64,000 nucleotides of DNA, from contig JAQWLJ010000032.1 of the NCBI GenBank assembly GCA_029247365.1, positions 1,679 to 65,678 on the forward strand, given 5' to 3'. Shown piece by piece: positions 29,272 through 38,889 of the stretch. The DNA is from Acidimicrobiales bacterium (GTDB lineage Bacteria > Actinomycetota > Acidimicrobiia > Acidimicrobiales > Aldehydirespiratoraceae). Each line of letters starts with the position of its first letter. Position 1 is the stretch's first letter. The notes below the pieces were generated by a model. That model was not told the DNA's origin and searched no databases. It saw nothing but the letters and a program-made list of their open reading frames with translations. The position numbers and the translations under genes were made by a program.

Positions 29272-30441
29272 TCAGCCAAAGCCTCGGTTCCCGAGGAAGG
29301 CATCGATGTTGCCGGCATAGAACGCATCGAGCCCTGCCTGATCAACGCCTTCCATTGTCGCTTCAAACTTGCCGATCGGATCCCGGCTCCCCTCGGGGTG
29401 CGGATAATCGGATGCGAAACAGAGCATGTCTGGCCCGAGCTGCTCAATGATCCATCCGACCGGCTCGCCGGCGAAGGGGGCGAACCGCACCCGCTCTCGG
29501 GCAATGTCGGAGGCCTTGCGATCGCGAGGGGCGACCCTGCGGGTGGTGCGTTCGACGAAATCGAGTTTGTGAAGCCAGCCCGGCACCCACGACGCACCGT
29601 GCTCGAGGGAGAGGGCGCGCAGTCCGTCATGGCGCTCAAAAACGTCATCAAGGATCAGAGCCGACAAGAACAGCTCGACAGAATTGTTCATGGCGACGAG
29701 ACCCAGGCTCGAGTCGGGGGCATCGCCGCCGACCGCTGTGCTCCCTCTTCCGTTGTTTCGGAAACTGGGCGAAACCGGGTCGTAGTGACCGTTCACCGCA
29801 ATATGCAGAATGACCGGCACGTCGCGTTCGGCGAACCGGGCCCACACCGGGTCGAAGTCGGGGTGGGTGAACGACCGGGCCTCCGGGTCTGCCTCATTCG
29901 TGTCGACCATGACGGTGAAGCAGCCGTCGGCGAAAGCATCGTCGATGAGTGCCCCCGCCGTCTCAGGGCCGAGAGACAATGGCACGTAGCCGCCGGCGAG
30001 CAAGCGTTCGTCGTGGAGGCAAAACCGACCCATCGCCCGGTTATGGACCCGTGCACCAACTTCAAGGGCCGCAGGATCCTGTTGATGAGCAACCTGATGG
30101 AACGAGAAGGTGCCGAGCACGATCTGGGCGTCAAACCCCAAGATGTCGAGGGCGTAGGAACGCTCTGCGGGGTCGAAGGCGCCAAGCCGCGACCAGGGGC
30201 TACGCGTGATATCGAACATACTCGCTTCGAACGTTGCCATCAGCTCGGGGTCGGCGTTTCGTCGTTCGAGGTGCAGCCGTCCCTTCTCGATTGCCTCAAG
30301 CGAGACCGGTAGCTCAGTCTGACTGTCCATCGGCTGGAGAAGAGCCCGTTCTTCGCCGGTAGCAACCGACGACAAGAAGTCGTCGAGCTCGAACAGGTGG
30401 CTGTCGACATCGATGATCCGGCGTTCGCCTGCGTAGGTCAT
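29272..30441 (-). CDS. Amidohydrolase_2 family protein
   Basis: IIDVDSH, ILHIA, LEHGASWVP, FASDYPHPEG. Confidence 0.88.
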   Translation of the reverse strand: MTYAGERRIIDVDSHLFELDDFLSSVATGEERALLQPMDSQTELPVSLEAIEKGRLHLERRNADPELMATFEASMFDITRSPWSRLGAFDPAERSYALDILGFDAQIVLGTFSFHQVAHQQDPAALEVGARVHNRAMGRFCLHDERLLAGGYVPLSLGPETAGALIDDAFADGCFTVMVDTNEADPEARSFTHPDFDPVWARFAERDVPVILHIAVNGHYDPVSPSFRNNGRGSTAVGGDAPDSSLGLVAMNNSVELFLSALILDDVFERHDGLRALSLEHGASWVPGWLHKLDFVERTTRRVAPRDRKASDIARERVRFAPFAGEPVGWIIEQLGPDMLCFASDYPHPEGSRDPIGKFEATMEGVDQAGLDAFYAGNIDAFLGNRGFG

Positions 30442-30514
30442 GCGCGCTCCATGGGTGTGATCTCAATCTATTTGAGTCGAGACAAACAGTGATGTCAAAC
30501 GCTAACGTAGGGCT

Positions 30515-31120
30515 ATGGCTGGCCTCCGCCTCTCGCCCGAACATCGTCGGACCCAGCTCCTCGATGTCGCCAAAACGATCATGGAACGAGACGGTGTTGG
30601 CAGCTGCACGATCGACCGAGTGAGCGCCGAGGCGCAGGTGACCGCACAGCTCGTGCACAAGTACTTCGGGACCCGCACGTCGCTCCTGCATGCGCTCTTC
30701 GCTCGCGAGGACGACGCCTACGAAACCGAGATTGCACGCCGCCTCGAAGCGGCCCAATCATTCGAGGACGTGGTCCGCCTGTTCGTCACCGCGAACGTCG
30801 ACCTCCTCTCCCCTGCAACCGCAATCGGCCAGCTCCGTGGACTTCCCGAGTTCGGTGCGGCTCGTGCCGAGCGTGAACGATCGAGTCGGGCGAGCGCCCA
30901 GAAGGTGCTCACCCGATCGTTTCGCCTTGAGCACCGCACGACCGACCACATGATGGAATTCGTACTTCGACTCGGTTCGGCCGCCTCGGTCGAAGCGGCG
31001 ACCATTACCGCCCAGCGAGGCAACGGCGAGCGCACCGCCCACATTGAGCGTACGGTTCGGTTCATCCTCGCCGGCATCCGTGAGCTGGCCAATGAGCCCA
31101 TAGACGTCAACCGGGCCTGA
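30515..31120 (+). CDS. TetR/AcrR family regulator
   Basis: N-terminal HTH RRTQLLDVA...TIDRVSAEAQVTAQLVHKYFGTR. Confidence 0.88.
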   Translation: MAGLRLSPEHRRTQLLDVAKTIMERDGVGSCTIDRVSAEAQVTAQLVHKYFGTRTSLLHALFAREDDAYETEIARRLEAAQSFEDVVRLFVTANVDLLSPATAIGQLRGLPEFGAARAERERSSRASAQKVLTRSFRLEHRTTDHMMEFVLRLGSAASVEAATITAQRGNGERTAHIERTVRFILAGIRELANEPIDVNRA

Positions 31121-31127
31121 CGGACAG

Positions 31128-32303
31128 ATGAGCGAACCAATCGACCCGCAACCGACCCGCCTCGATCACGCAGCCATCTTGGCCGACTACGCCACTAATC
31201 GTCAGGCCGCCATCGACGCCATCGGGGTCAGAGGCCCCCTCGAGCTCGACGACTCCGGTCAGCTGAGCCCGTCAATCTTGGCCGCATACCGAACCCACGG
31301 CTTCTACATCTTCGAGAACGTGGTTTCCGAAGAAGAGGTCGCCGAACTCCGGGCAGCCACCGAGGATGTCATTGACCGGGCACCGACGCGACCCGGCTCC
31401 GCTGTCGACTCCTGGGGAAGGCCAGCGATCGGACGAGACCACGCCATCAATCCCTTCATGCTCACCTCACCGATGTCCGACCCCTGGGGTGGCACCACCA
31501 AGCTCGCCGGCCGCCACCCCACCCAGATGAGCCAACCCGTCGCCGAAGCCGACGCACCTGACTACATCGTCCACCTCATCTTCGGGATGTGTTCGCTCAT
31601 GCCCGAGGCATTGCGCCTGTACGGCCACCCGGGCCTCCTCGCCACAGCTGCTTCGATCAACGGCGACGACTTTGTGCCATACAACGACGCGATCTTCGTG
31701 AAAAAGCCGGGCCTCGGTGCCTCGGTCGGCTGGCACCAAGACGGCGCTACCCATTGGGATAGCCCCGAATGGCACCGCGACATCCATGGCTTCAACTTCC
31801 AGGTGCAGCTCTTCCCCACCAGCGCAGCGAACGCCCTATGGGTCGTTCCTGGTAGCCACAGCGACGGCAAGGCCGATATCAAGGGCATGGTCGCCGCCAA
31901 CCAGGGCAGCGAGATGCTCCCGCACGCCGTACCGCTCGTCTGTAAGGCCGGGGACGTAACAATCGCGAACCGCCAGATCATTCACGGCTCGTTCGCCAAC
32001 AGCTCCCCCGATCCGCGAATTTCGATCACGTTCGGTTTCCACCTCCGTTCGTCGGTCCTCGGTGTCGCCGGCAAGTTGCGACTCAACGCATCCGATACCC
32101 CCGACCCCGTCTACGACGACGAGCGAATCCGTCGCCGGTCGGCAGTTGTGCAGCTTGCGATCGACGCTCGGCGGCGGCACTTCTCCTCCGAAGAGCCGTT
32201 CGTCTACCGCCCATTCATGGGCCGCGAGCACGAGTACCCGTACGCCGGTGATGCCATCACTGCGGTGCTGGCCAACTACCCGATCCACGATCTCGCGATC
32301 TGA
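31128..32303 (+). CDS. Phytanoyl-CoA dioxygenase (PhyH) family Fe/2OG enzyme
   Basis: FVKKPG, WHQDG (HxD), LWVVPGSH, IIHGS, R of PRIS. Confidence 0.85.
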   Translation: MSEPIDPQPTRLDHAAILADYATNRQAAIDAIGVRGPLELDDSGQLSPSILAAYRTHGFYIFENVVSEEEVAELRAATEDVIDRAPTRPGSAVDSWGRPAIGRDHAINPFMLTSPMSDPWGGTTKLAGRHPTQMSQPVAEADAPDYIVHLIFGMCSLMPEALRLYGHPGLLATAASINGDDFVPYNDAIFVKKPGLGASVGWHQDGATHWDSPEWHRDIHGFNFQVQLFPTSAANALWVVPGSHSDGKADIKGMVAANQGSEMLPHAVPLVCKAGDVTIANRQIIHGSFANSSPDPRISITFGFHLRSSVLGVAGKLRLNASDTPDPVYDDERIRRRSAVVQLAIDARRRHFSSEEPFVYRPFMGREHEYPYAGDAITAVLANYPIHDLAI

Positions 32304-32388
32304 TCACCCAGGCCCAGCGGGCCGACTCCCATCCGCGTTGAAGAACGCACCACAATAAGGTTGAGGTGCTCGGATCAGTCCCCGCAAC

Positions 32389-32408
32389 GGCAGCTCGAGC
32401 GAGCTGCC
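32389..32408 (-). terminator. GC-rich hairpin just downstream of the thiolase stop, between convergent genes
   Basis: GGCAGCTC-N4-GAGCTGCC perfect 8-bp stem, no clear U-tract. Confidence 0.45.
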
Positions 32409-32412
32409 AGGG

Positions 32413-33585
32413 TCAGTAGATCTCGATCAGGCCAGCTGCGCCTTGACCGCCACCGATGCACATCGTGACGACGCCGTACTTGGCTCCGCGGCGCTTGCCT
32501 TCCTGCAGCAAGTGGCCAGCGCAACGGCTGCCAGTCATACCAAAGGGGTGGCCGATGGCAATCGAGCCGCCATTGACGTTGTACTTCTCAGGATCGATCC
32601 CGAGGCGATCGCGGCTGTAGAGGCACTGACTCGCAAACGCCTCGTTGAGCTCCCAGATGTCGATGTCGTCGACGGTGAGCCCGTGCCGCTCGAGCAGCTT
32701 CGGCACTGCGAAGACCGGACCGATACCCATCTCGTCGGGCTCGCACCCTGCGACAGCCCAACCCTTGAAGGCACCCATCGGCTCGATGTCTCGCTTGGCG
32801 GCCTCCGTATCCGACATCATCACTACCGCAGCGGCGCCATCAGAAAGCTGACTCGCGTTGCCTGCGGTGATGTAGTTCCCCTCGCCGCGAACCGGCTGCA
32901 ACTTTGCCAACCCCTCCAGTGTCGTGCTGGGACGGTTGCACTCGTCGCGATCAACGGTGTAGTCGACGATCGACTCTTCGCCGGTCTCCTTGTTGACGAG
33001 CTTCATTTTGGTGTCCATCGGGACGATCTCGTCCTCGAACAGACCGTTTTCTTGGGCGGCCGCCATGCGCATTTGTGACGCGTAGCTGTACTCGTCCTGC
33101 GACTCGCGCGTCACGTTGTAGCGATCGGCGACGATGTCGGCAGTTTCGATCATCGCCATGTAGATCGCCGGGTACTGCGCCTCAAGCTGAGGGTCCATGT
33201 TGATGGATCCACCCATACCGGGGTTCTTGATCGAGATCGACTCGACGCCGGCGGCGACAACGCAGTCGGCCCCGTCGGCCTTGATGTAGTTCGCGGCCAC
33301 GGCGATCGAGTTCAGGCCCGACGAACAGTGGCGCTGGATGGTGTTGCCGCCGGTGGTGACCGGCAGACCTGCGAGAAGGCTCGACAGGCGGCCGAGGTTG
33401 CCGGAGCCGTGGGCACCGTTGCCGAGCGCGACGTCCTCGACGGCCTCTGCCTCAACGCCAGACTTTTCAACCGCACTGCTGATGGCGTGCGCAGCCATCG
33501 ACATCGCGGGGGTCATGTTGAAGCCGCCACGGCCGGCCTTGGCCATGCCGGTGCGGGCGTAAGAAACGAACACTGCTTCGGTCAT
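32413..33585 (-). CDS. Acetyl-CoA C-acyltransferase (thiolase)
   Basis: RHCSSGL, NASQLSDGA, ELNEAFA, GGSIAIGHP, TMCIGGGQG. SD CAGGAG before ATG 33585. Confidence 0.94.
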   Translation of the reverse strand: MTEAVFVSYARTGMAKAGRGGFNMTPAMSMAAHAISSAVEKSGVEAEAVEDVALGNGAHGSGNLGRLSSLLAGLPVTTGGNTIQRHCSSGLNSIAVAANYIKADGADCVVAAGVESISIKNPGMGGSINMDPQLEAQYPAIYMAMIETADIVADRYNVTRESQDEYSYASQMRMAAAQENGLFEDEIVPMDTKMKLVNKETGEESIVDYTVDRDECNRPSTTLEGLAKLQPVRGEGNYITAGNASQLSDGAAAVVMMSDTEAAKRDIEPMGAFKGWAVAGCEPDEMGIGPVFAVPKLLERHGLTVDDIDIWELNEAFASQCLYSRDRLGIDPEKYNVNGGSIAIGHPFGMTGSRCAGHLLQEGKRRGAKYGVVTMCIGGGQGAAGLIEIY

Positions 33586-33692
33586 TGAGGACTCCTGGGA
33601 GGGGTGTCTGTGCCGGCGCAAGGCTAGTGGGGGCAGCTCCGCCATGCGTCATCCGTAGGGGACGCGACGGTCCCGTGTGCCATGGTGCACTC

Positions 33693-34715
33693 ATGCCTGA
33701 ACGTCCCGTCATGCTGGAGTGGTCGGAGCTACTCGCAGAGGAAATCCTCGACCCAAACCGTCCCATCGTCGACCCGCATCATCATCTGTGGCCGCCGGGC
33801 CGTGGCTTGTCCTACGGCCTCGATGATCTCCACGCCGACACCGGTGCCGGCCACAATGTGGTGAAGACCGTGTTCGTCGAATGCCACGCTGCCTACCGCG
33901 ATGAGGGCCCCGACCACCTGCGCCCAGTCGGCGAAACGGTGTTCGTAGCTGCGAATGCAGCCGAAAGTGCCCGCCGTGCGGGGCACGCCACCATCGCCGG
34001 CATCGTCGCTCACGCCGACTTACAGAGCGAGCACCTCGACGAGGTGCTCGATGCCCACGCCGCCGCAGCCGATGGCCTGTTCGTCGGCATCCGCGACGCA
34101 GGCGCCTCGGCGCTTGAGCCGGACGCACTCACCATTGCGGGCCGAGCTCCTGCCGATCTCTACTCGCGCCCAGCGTTTCGAGCGGGGGTGGCCCGCCTCG
34201 GTGAGCGCGGCCTCACCTACGACACCTGGCACTACCACCATCAGAACGAAGCCTTCTGCGAGCTCGCAGCTGCGGTTCCCGAGACGACGATGATCCTCGA
34301 CCACTTCGGCACCCCTGTCGGTGTCGGACGTTTTGCCGGGAAGCGGGAATCGATCTTCAAGCAGTGGGAAGACGACATCTCGTCCATCGCCGAAAACCCA
34401 AACGTTGTCGCCAAACTCGGCGGTCTCGCCATGCCCGACAACGGATTCGGTTGGCACGTCACCGATGCCGACAGCGCAGCGTCGCCCGTCTCGAGCGATC
34501 GGTTTGTTGAGGAACAGGGGGCGTACTACCACCACACAATCGAGTGCTTTGGCCCCAACCGGTGCATGTTCGAAAGCAACTTTCCGGTCGACCGCTGGTC
34601 ACTCAGCTACGCCGTGTTCTGGAATGCGTGCAAGAAAGTCGCAGCCGACTACACCGAAGCGGAGCAGGACGCCATGTTCTCGGGCACCGCGAAACGCGTC
34701 TACGGCTTGGGTTAA
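33693..34715 (+). CDS. Amidohydrolase_2 family protein (lactonase-like)
   Basis: IVDPHHHLW, KTVFVEC, ILDHFG, KLGGL, MFESNFPVD. Confidence 0.88.
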   Translation: MPERPVMLEWSELLAEEILDPNRPIVDPHHHLWPPGRGLSYGLDDLHADTGAGHNVVKTVFVECHAAYRDEGPDHLRPVGETVFVAANAAESARRAGHATIAGIVAHADLQSEHLDEVLDAHAAAADGLFVGIRDAGASALEPDALTIAGRAPADLYSRPAFRAGVARLGERGLTYDTWHYHHQNEAFCELAAAVPETTMILDHFGTPVGVGRFAGKRESIFKQWEDDISSIAENPNVVAKLGGLAMPDNGFGWHVTDADSAASPVSSDRFVEEQGAYYHHTIECFGPNRCMFESNFPVDRWSLSYAVFWNACKKVAADYTEAEQDAMFSGTAKRVYGLG

Positions 34716-34719
34716 CGGG

Positions 34720-35364
34720 TCAGGCCAGGTTCCACGGCTCGTCGAGTTCCCACGGCTCTGGTTCGTACGGCGTGTCCTTGGACGTCACTCGTGGCTCGGC
34801 GAGCGCCCTCGAAGCGATCACGCCTCCGACCAGCCCAAACAGATGGCCTTCCCACGAGATCGCTTCCTGGGGTACGAGACCGGCGATAAGGCTGCTGTAG
34901 AAGCCGAGTGCGATCAGAGCCGCCCCGAGGGCGCGGATGCGGCGCTCGAAGATCGCAGCGCCGAGAATCGCGCCGAAGTACCCGAAGACCACCCCGCTGG
35001 CGCCGATATGGATGCCGTCACCCGCAAGCAGCCACGTCAGGCCGCCACCGAGCAGGATCGCAGCGCAGGTCACCCAACCCCAATACCGCCTTCCCCGCGC
35101 CGCCACGAGCCCACCGAGCACCAGCAACGGGACGGAGTTCGAGGCGACGTGGCCGTAGTCTGAATGAAGGAACGGCGCCCACGCGATGCCGTCGAGTCCG
35201 TCGCGATGCCGGGGACGCAGACCGTTGCGCTGCAGCGCTTCGTCGAGCACAACCGAGTCGGCAACCTCGATTCCCCACATCGCTGCGAGTGCAAGCGCCA
35301 TAAACCCAATCGGCGTGAGCAGGAGTCGCGCTCGCGACGTCTTCGTTTCGACCGGGGCCGTCAT
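34720..35364 (-). CDS. Rhomboid family intramembrane serine protease
   Basis: APFLH...HVASN, HIGASGVVFG, SWEGHLFG. Confidence 0.9.
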   Translation of the reverse strand: MTAPVETKTSRARLLLTPIGFMALALAAMWGIEVADSVVLDEALQRNGLRPRHRDGLDGIAWAPFLHSDYGHVASNSVPLLVLGGLVAARGRRYWGWVTCAAILLGGGLTWLLAGDGIHIGASGVVFGYFGAILGAAIFERRIRALGAALIALGFYSSLIAGLVPQEAISWEGHLFGLVGGVIASRALAEPRVTSKDTPYEPEPWELDEPWNLA

Positions 35365-35567
35365 GACATCACGCTAGGTCGTGAGTACGGGCTCGGTCCG
35401 AAACAGTCGAATCGGCCGACTCGATCGTGGTCCGGTCAGGTCGCCCAATTCCCACGATCAGGAGCCACACGAACTGCCGTGCTCGGGCGGCAACGGCGCC
35501 AAACTGTTGTCCTCGCCGGCAACCAGCGACCCCTGAGCCGGCCATCGCCGGGCACTACGGTGCCCGA

Positions 35568-36413
35568 GTGCCCTACGCCAGCAACGAAGACGTCCGCATT
35601 TACTACGAGGACATGGGCGGCCACGCCGACGCGCCCACAATGCTTCTCATCAATGGCCTCGGGAGCCAGTGCATCAACTACTCCGAAACGTGGTGTTCCC
35701 TGCTCGTGGCTCGCGGCCTCCGGGTGATCCGTTTCGACAATCGTGACGTAGGGCTCAGCAGCCACGTCGGGGACCGTGACCCTGGCGATAACGACGCCTG
35801 GTACTCGATCAGCGCCATGGTCGATGACGCCCTTGCGGTCCTTGACGCCGTTGAAGCGCAGCGAGCCCACGTCGTGGGATTGTCCATGGGCGGAATGATC
35901 GCCCAGATGCTCGCAATCACGGCGAGCGAGCGTGTGATCAGTCTTTGCTCGGTGATGTCGTCAACCGGGGAGCCTGAACACATGCACCGCTCACCTGCGG
36001 CAGCCGCGCAGTTCGGCGCACGACCTCCTCACGATTTGGAAAGTCATTGCGAAGCGTGGGCGGCCGGCCTGCGAGTTTGGGGGAGCCCCGAGTTCGCCGA
36101 CAAGGCGCGTTGGCGCCAAGAAGCCGAACGCTCCTACGAGCGCAGCTTCGACCCGGCCGGCTCGACGCGACAGGCGATGGCGATCATGACCGCTCCTCCG
36201 CGAGCAGATGCTCTCCGAGCCCTCGATATCCCAACACTCGTCGTCCACGGCTCCCACGACACACTCATCGGCCCGGATGCCGGCCGACGAACGGCCGAAC
36301 TCATCCCCAATGCACGGTTCGAGTTGATCGACGGCATGGGCCATGACTACCCGCCCCAGCTGTGGGAGCAGCTCAGCACACTGTTCGCCGACCACGCTCT
36401 CGGCGTGTCCTGA
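35568..36413 (+). CDS. Alpha/beta hydrolase
   Basis: RFDNRDVGLS, GLSMGG, HGSHD, GMGHD. GTG start after TACGGT. Confidence 0.88.
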   Translation: MPYASNEDVRIYYEDMGGHADAPTMLLINGLGSQCINYSETWCSLLVARGLRVIRFDNRDVGLSSHVGDRDPGDNDAWYSISAMVDDALAVLDAVEAQRAHVVGLSMGGMIAQMLAITASERVISLCSVMSSTGEPEHMHRSPAAAAQFGARPPHDLESHCEAWAAGLRVWGSPEFADKARWRQEAERSYERSFDPAGSTRQAMAIMTAPPRADALRALDIPTLVVHGSHDTLIGPDAGRRTAELIPNARFELIDGMGHDYPPQLWEQLSTLFADHALGVS

Positions 36414-36415
36414 CC

Positions 36416-37318
36416 ATGGCCAAACCAACCGTCACCATTATCGGCCCGGGAGCGATCGGCGGCGCGCTGGCCGCCGCGATCGTCAGTGGGGGTGGGGAGC
36501 CGATCCTCGTCGCCAGAACACCGTTCGACCGGTTGCGGGTCGAGTGGCCCGATGGGTCAATCAACGTCGACGCGGATTGCCACACCGGGGTTGGCGATCT
36601 CACCCCATCCGATGTCGTGATCGTCGCTACGAAGGCGACCCATAATCCTTCGATTTTGCCCCACCTCGAGGCCTGTCTGGGCCCGGAATCGAGGCTCGTC
36701 ATCGCTCAGAACGGAGTCGATCACCTCGAACGCTTCGATCCGAGCATTGTTGGTGATGCAGAGGTCATTCCGGCGGTGGTATTTCTTCCTGCCGAGCGAC
36801 CAGGTCCGGGGCATGTGGTGGTGGGGAAGGCGGGACGTCTCGTGGTGCCGAGCAGCCCGGGTGCCGGCGTCGTTGCGTCCCTCTTCGCAGACACCTTCGT
36901 CCAGGTCGATCAGACCGACGACTGGATCACCGCCGCGTGGCGCAAGCTCGTGATGAACGCCCCGTCCGGAGCGATCTCGGTGCTGGCCCGGCGCGGCCCA
37001 GAGATCTACGCCGACAACGCGACCCGAGAGCTTCTGAGGGCGCTGATGGACGAGGTGATGATCGTGGCCGCAGCCGAGGGTGCTCGATTGGAACCCGATC
37101 TGCCAGAAAAGTATGGGCGGTGCTTCGAGGCGAACGCAGGCGGCCACACGCCATCGATCGTGTTCGACCGTTTGGCCGGCGTCACGACCGAGTGGCGCGA
37201 GCGCAACGCGGCCGTCGGCCGAATTGCGGCGAGGCACGGCATCGACGTTCCACTGAACAACGCCCTTACAACCCTGATCCGCCTGGGGGAGCCGGACTTC
37301 GGGGCGATTGACGGCTAG
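36416..37318 (+). CDS. 2-dehydropantoate 2-reductase (ApbA/PanE) family oxidoreductase
   Basis: IIGPGAIGG, ATKA, AQNG, WRKLVMN, PSIVFDRLAG..TE..ERN. Confidence 0.82.
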   Translation: MAKPTVTIIGPGAIGGALAAAIVSGGGEPILVARTPFDRLRVEWPDGSINVDADCHTGVGDLTPSDVVIVATKATHNPSILPHLEACLGPESRLVIAQNGVDHLERFDPSIVGDAEVIPAVVFLPAERPGPGHVVVGKAGRLVVPSSPGAGVVASLFADTFVQVDQTDDWITAAWRKLVMNAPSGAISVLARRGPEIYADNATRELLRALMDEVMIVAAAEGARLEPDLPEKYGRCFEANAGGHTPSIVFDRLAGVTTEWRERNAAVGRIAARHGIDVPLNNALTTLIRLGEPDFGAIDG

Positions 37319-37352
37319 GCGGTCCGAGACACGATGAATCTAAACTCCGTGC

Positions 37353-38369
37353 ATGAGTCGCCTCATCTTTCGTCAGGAAGAACTCCTCGGCAATCACGAC
37401 TACGCCGAGCAGCACATCGTGCTCGGTGAACGACTGCATGGTGGCCTCCTCGCCGACGGCACCTACCAGCCCCCGCGAGCGCTCGTTCGCGAACCTGCCC
37501 TCGATGCTTGGGAGGCGGCTCTGCGGGAACGGGGTGGCGAGCCGTTCAGGGCCACTTCGCAGCTCCTTGAAGGGTTGCGGATGCCGACTGCCGAACAGCA
37601 ACTGGTGTTGCTTCGCAATGGTCTCGGCGAGTCATTTTGGAACTCGCTGACCATCACCGGGAAGATCGAGGCCCGAGGCCGCCTCCTTGCCGAGATGACG
37701 TTCCCCGACCTCCAAGACGGCATCGTCGAGGACATCTCCGAGATGGCGATCGGCCACCTCAAGAAAGGTCTGCTCCTCGCTCACGGCATCGATGAGGGTG
37801 GTGAACCAGACAATGGCATCGGTGGCCATGACGCGATGTGGTTCGCCGCCCGCGATCTTGCGTTCGGTGCCGAAGCGTTCCCTGATGTCGACCCGCCGGA
37901 AAACATTGGTCGCCCGGACGCCGGTACCCGCCGGGTCCCCGAGGTGCCGTCAGAGATCGAGGGCATGGTCTCGTTTCTTGCCAACCTGTTGATCATCGAG
38001 TTTCGAGCTGAGCTCGGGTTCGCCGACAGCCAGCACATTCTTCGCACCTCCGAGGTGTTCCGTGACCGACGCGAGGGCGCTGAGCTCGCCGCGGACATCA
38101 TCGGTCGTATCCGCATCGATGAAGCGATCCACGTCCGGTCACTCAACATCTACCTCGGTGAGCTGCGTTCGGTCACCTTCCGGTCGATCGACGGCGGCAC
38201 GGTGAGCGGCGCCGAGTTGATCGATCGGTTCTGGGCCGGTCTCGTCCGCTGGGCAACGGTCGAGCAGCCGAAGCTGGCAGCGGCCGAGCAACGTCAGGTG
38301 CTCGAGGATCGCATCGCGAAGCACGGTGAGGCCGAGCGGGTGCTGGCCGAGTTCGACGCCGCGGCCTGA
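37353..38369 (+). CDS. Conserved hypothetical protein, probable ferritin-like diiron fold
   Basis: Helical protein with HGIDE..GH, IEFRAE and IRIDEAIH (DExxH) motifs. Confidence 0.6.
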   Translation: MSRLIFRQEELLGNHDYAEQHIVLGERLHGGLLADGTYQPPRALVREPALDAWEAALRERGGEPFRATSQLLEGLRMPTAEQQLVLLRNGLGESFWNSLTITGKIEARGRLLAEMTFPDLQDGIVEDISEMAIGHLKKGLLLAHGIDEGGEPDNGIGGHDAMWFAARDLAFGAEAFPDVDPPENIGRPDAGTRRVPEVPSEIEGMVSFLANLLIIEFRAELGFADSQHILRTSEVFRDRREGAELAADIIGRIRIDEAIHVRSLNIYLGELRSVTFRSIDGGTVSGAELIDRFWAGLVRWATVEQPKLAAAEQRQVLEDRIAKHGEAERVLAEFDAAA

Positions 38370-38379
38370 CGCGACCCGC

Positions 38380-38859
38380 TCAGCAGGCGTTGTCGCCGGC
38401 GACGATCGGCCGGCGATACGTGATGCCGGTCGGTCGCTCGTAGCCCGCGTGAGCCGTGCGGTCGACCTCGCGAAACCCGAGCGCCTCGAACGTGCGCTGG
38501 TTGTCGCGCAGTTCGATACGGACCTCGAGTTCGAGCCATTGGAGGCCGAGCTCGACGGCCCGTGCCTCGGCGTGGTCCATCAGCGCCCGCGCCAGTCCCT
38601 CGCCCTGCCGACCCGCGGCGACGGCGAGCTTTCCGATGTAGAGCGAGTCGGACCGCGGCGTGAGCACCACACAGGCCCCGATCGGGTCGTCGATCACCCA
38701 GGCCTCGCCGGGTCCCGCCGCCAGCTGTGCCACGGTCAGCCGGTGCACCGACGACGGCGGGTCGATCACGCCATCCATGTACGCGAACGCTTCCCGGATC
38801 AGCTCGTACATGGCGGCGAGCTCCGGTTCGTCTGCTGCCGTGAGGCGTCTGGGCTTCAC
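38380..38859 (-). CDS. GNAT family N-acetyltransferase
   Basis: LYIGKLAV..RQGEGLARAL, N..TFEALGF. Confidence 0.88.
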   Translation of the reverse strand: MKPRRLTAADEPELAAMYELIREAFAYMDGVIDPPSSVHRLTVAQLAAGPGEAWVIDDPIGACVVLTPRSDSLYIGKLAVAAGRQGEGLARALMDHAEARAVELGLQWLELEVRIELRDNQRTFEALGFREVDRTAHAGYERPTGITYRRPIVAGDNAC

Positions 38860-38889
38860 GATCGGGAGTGTAGATCCGGGTGCCGGAGG

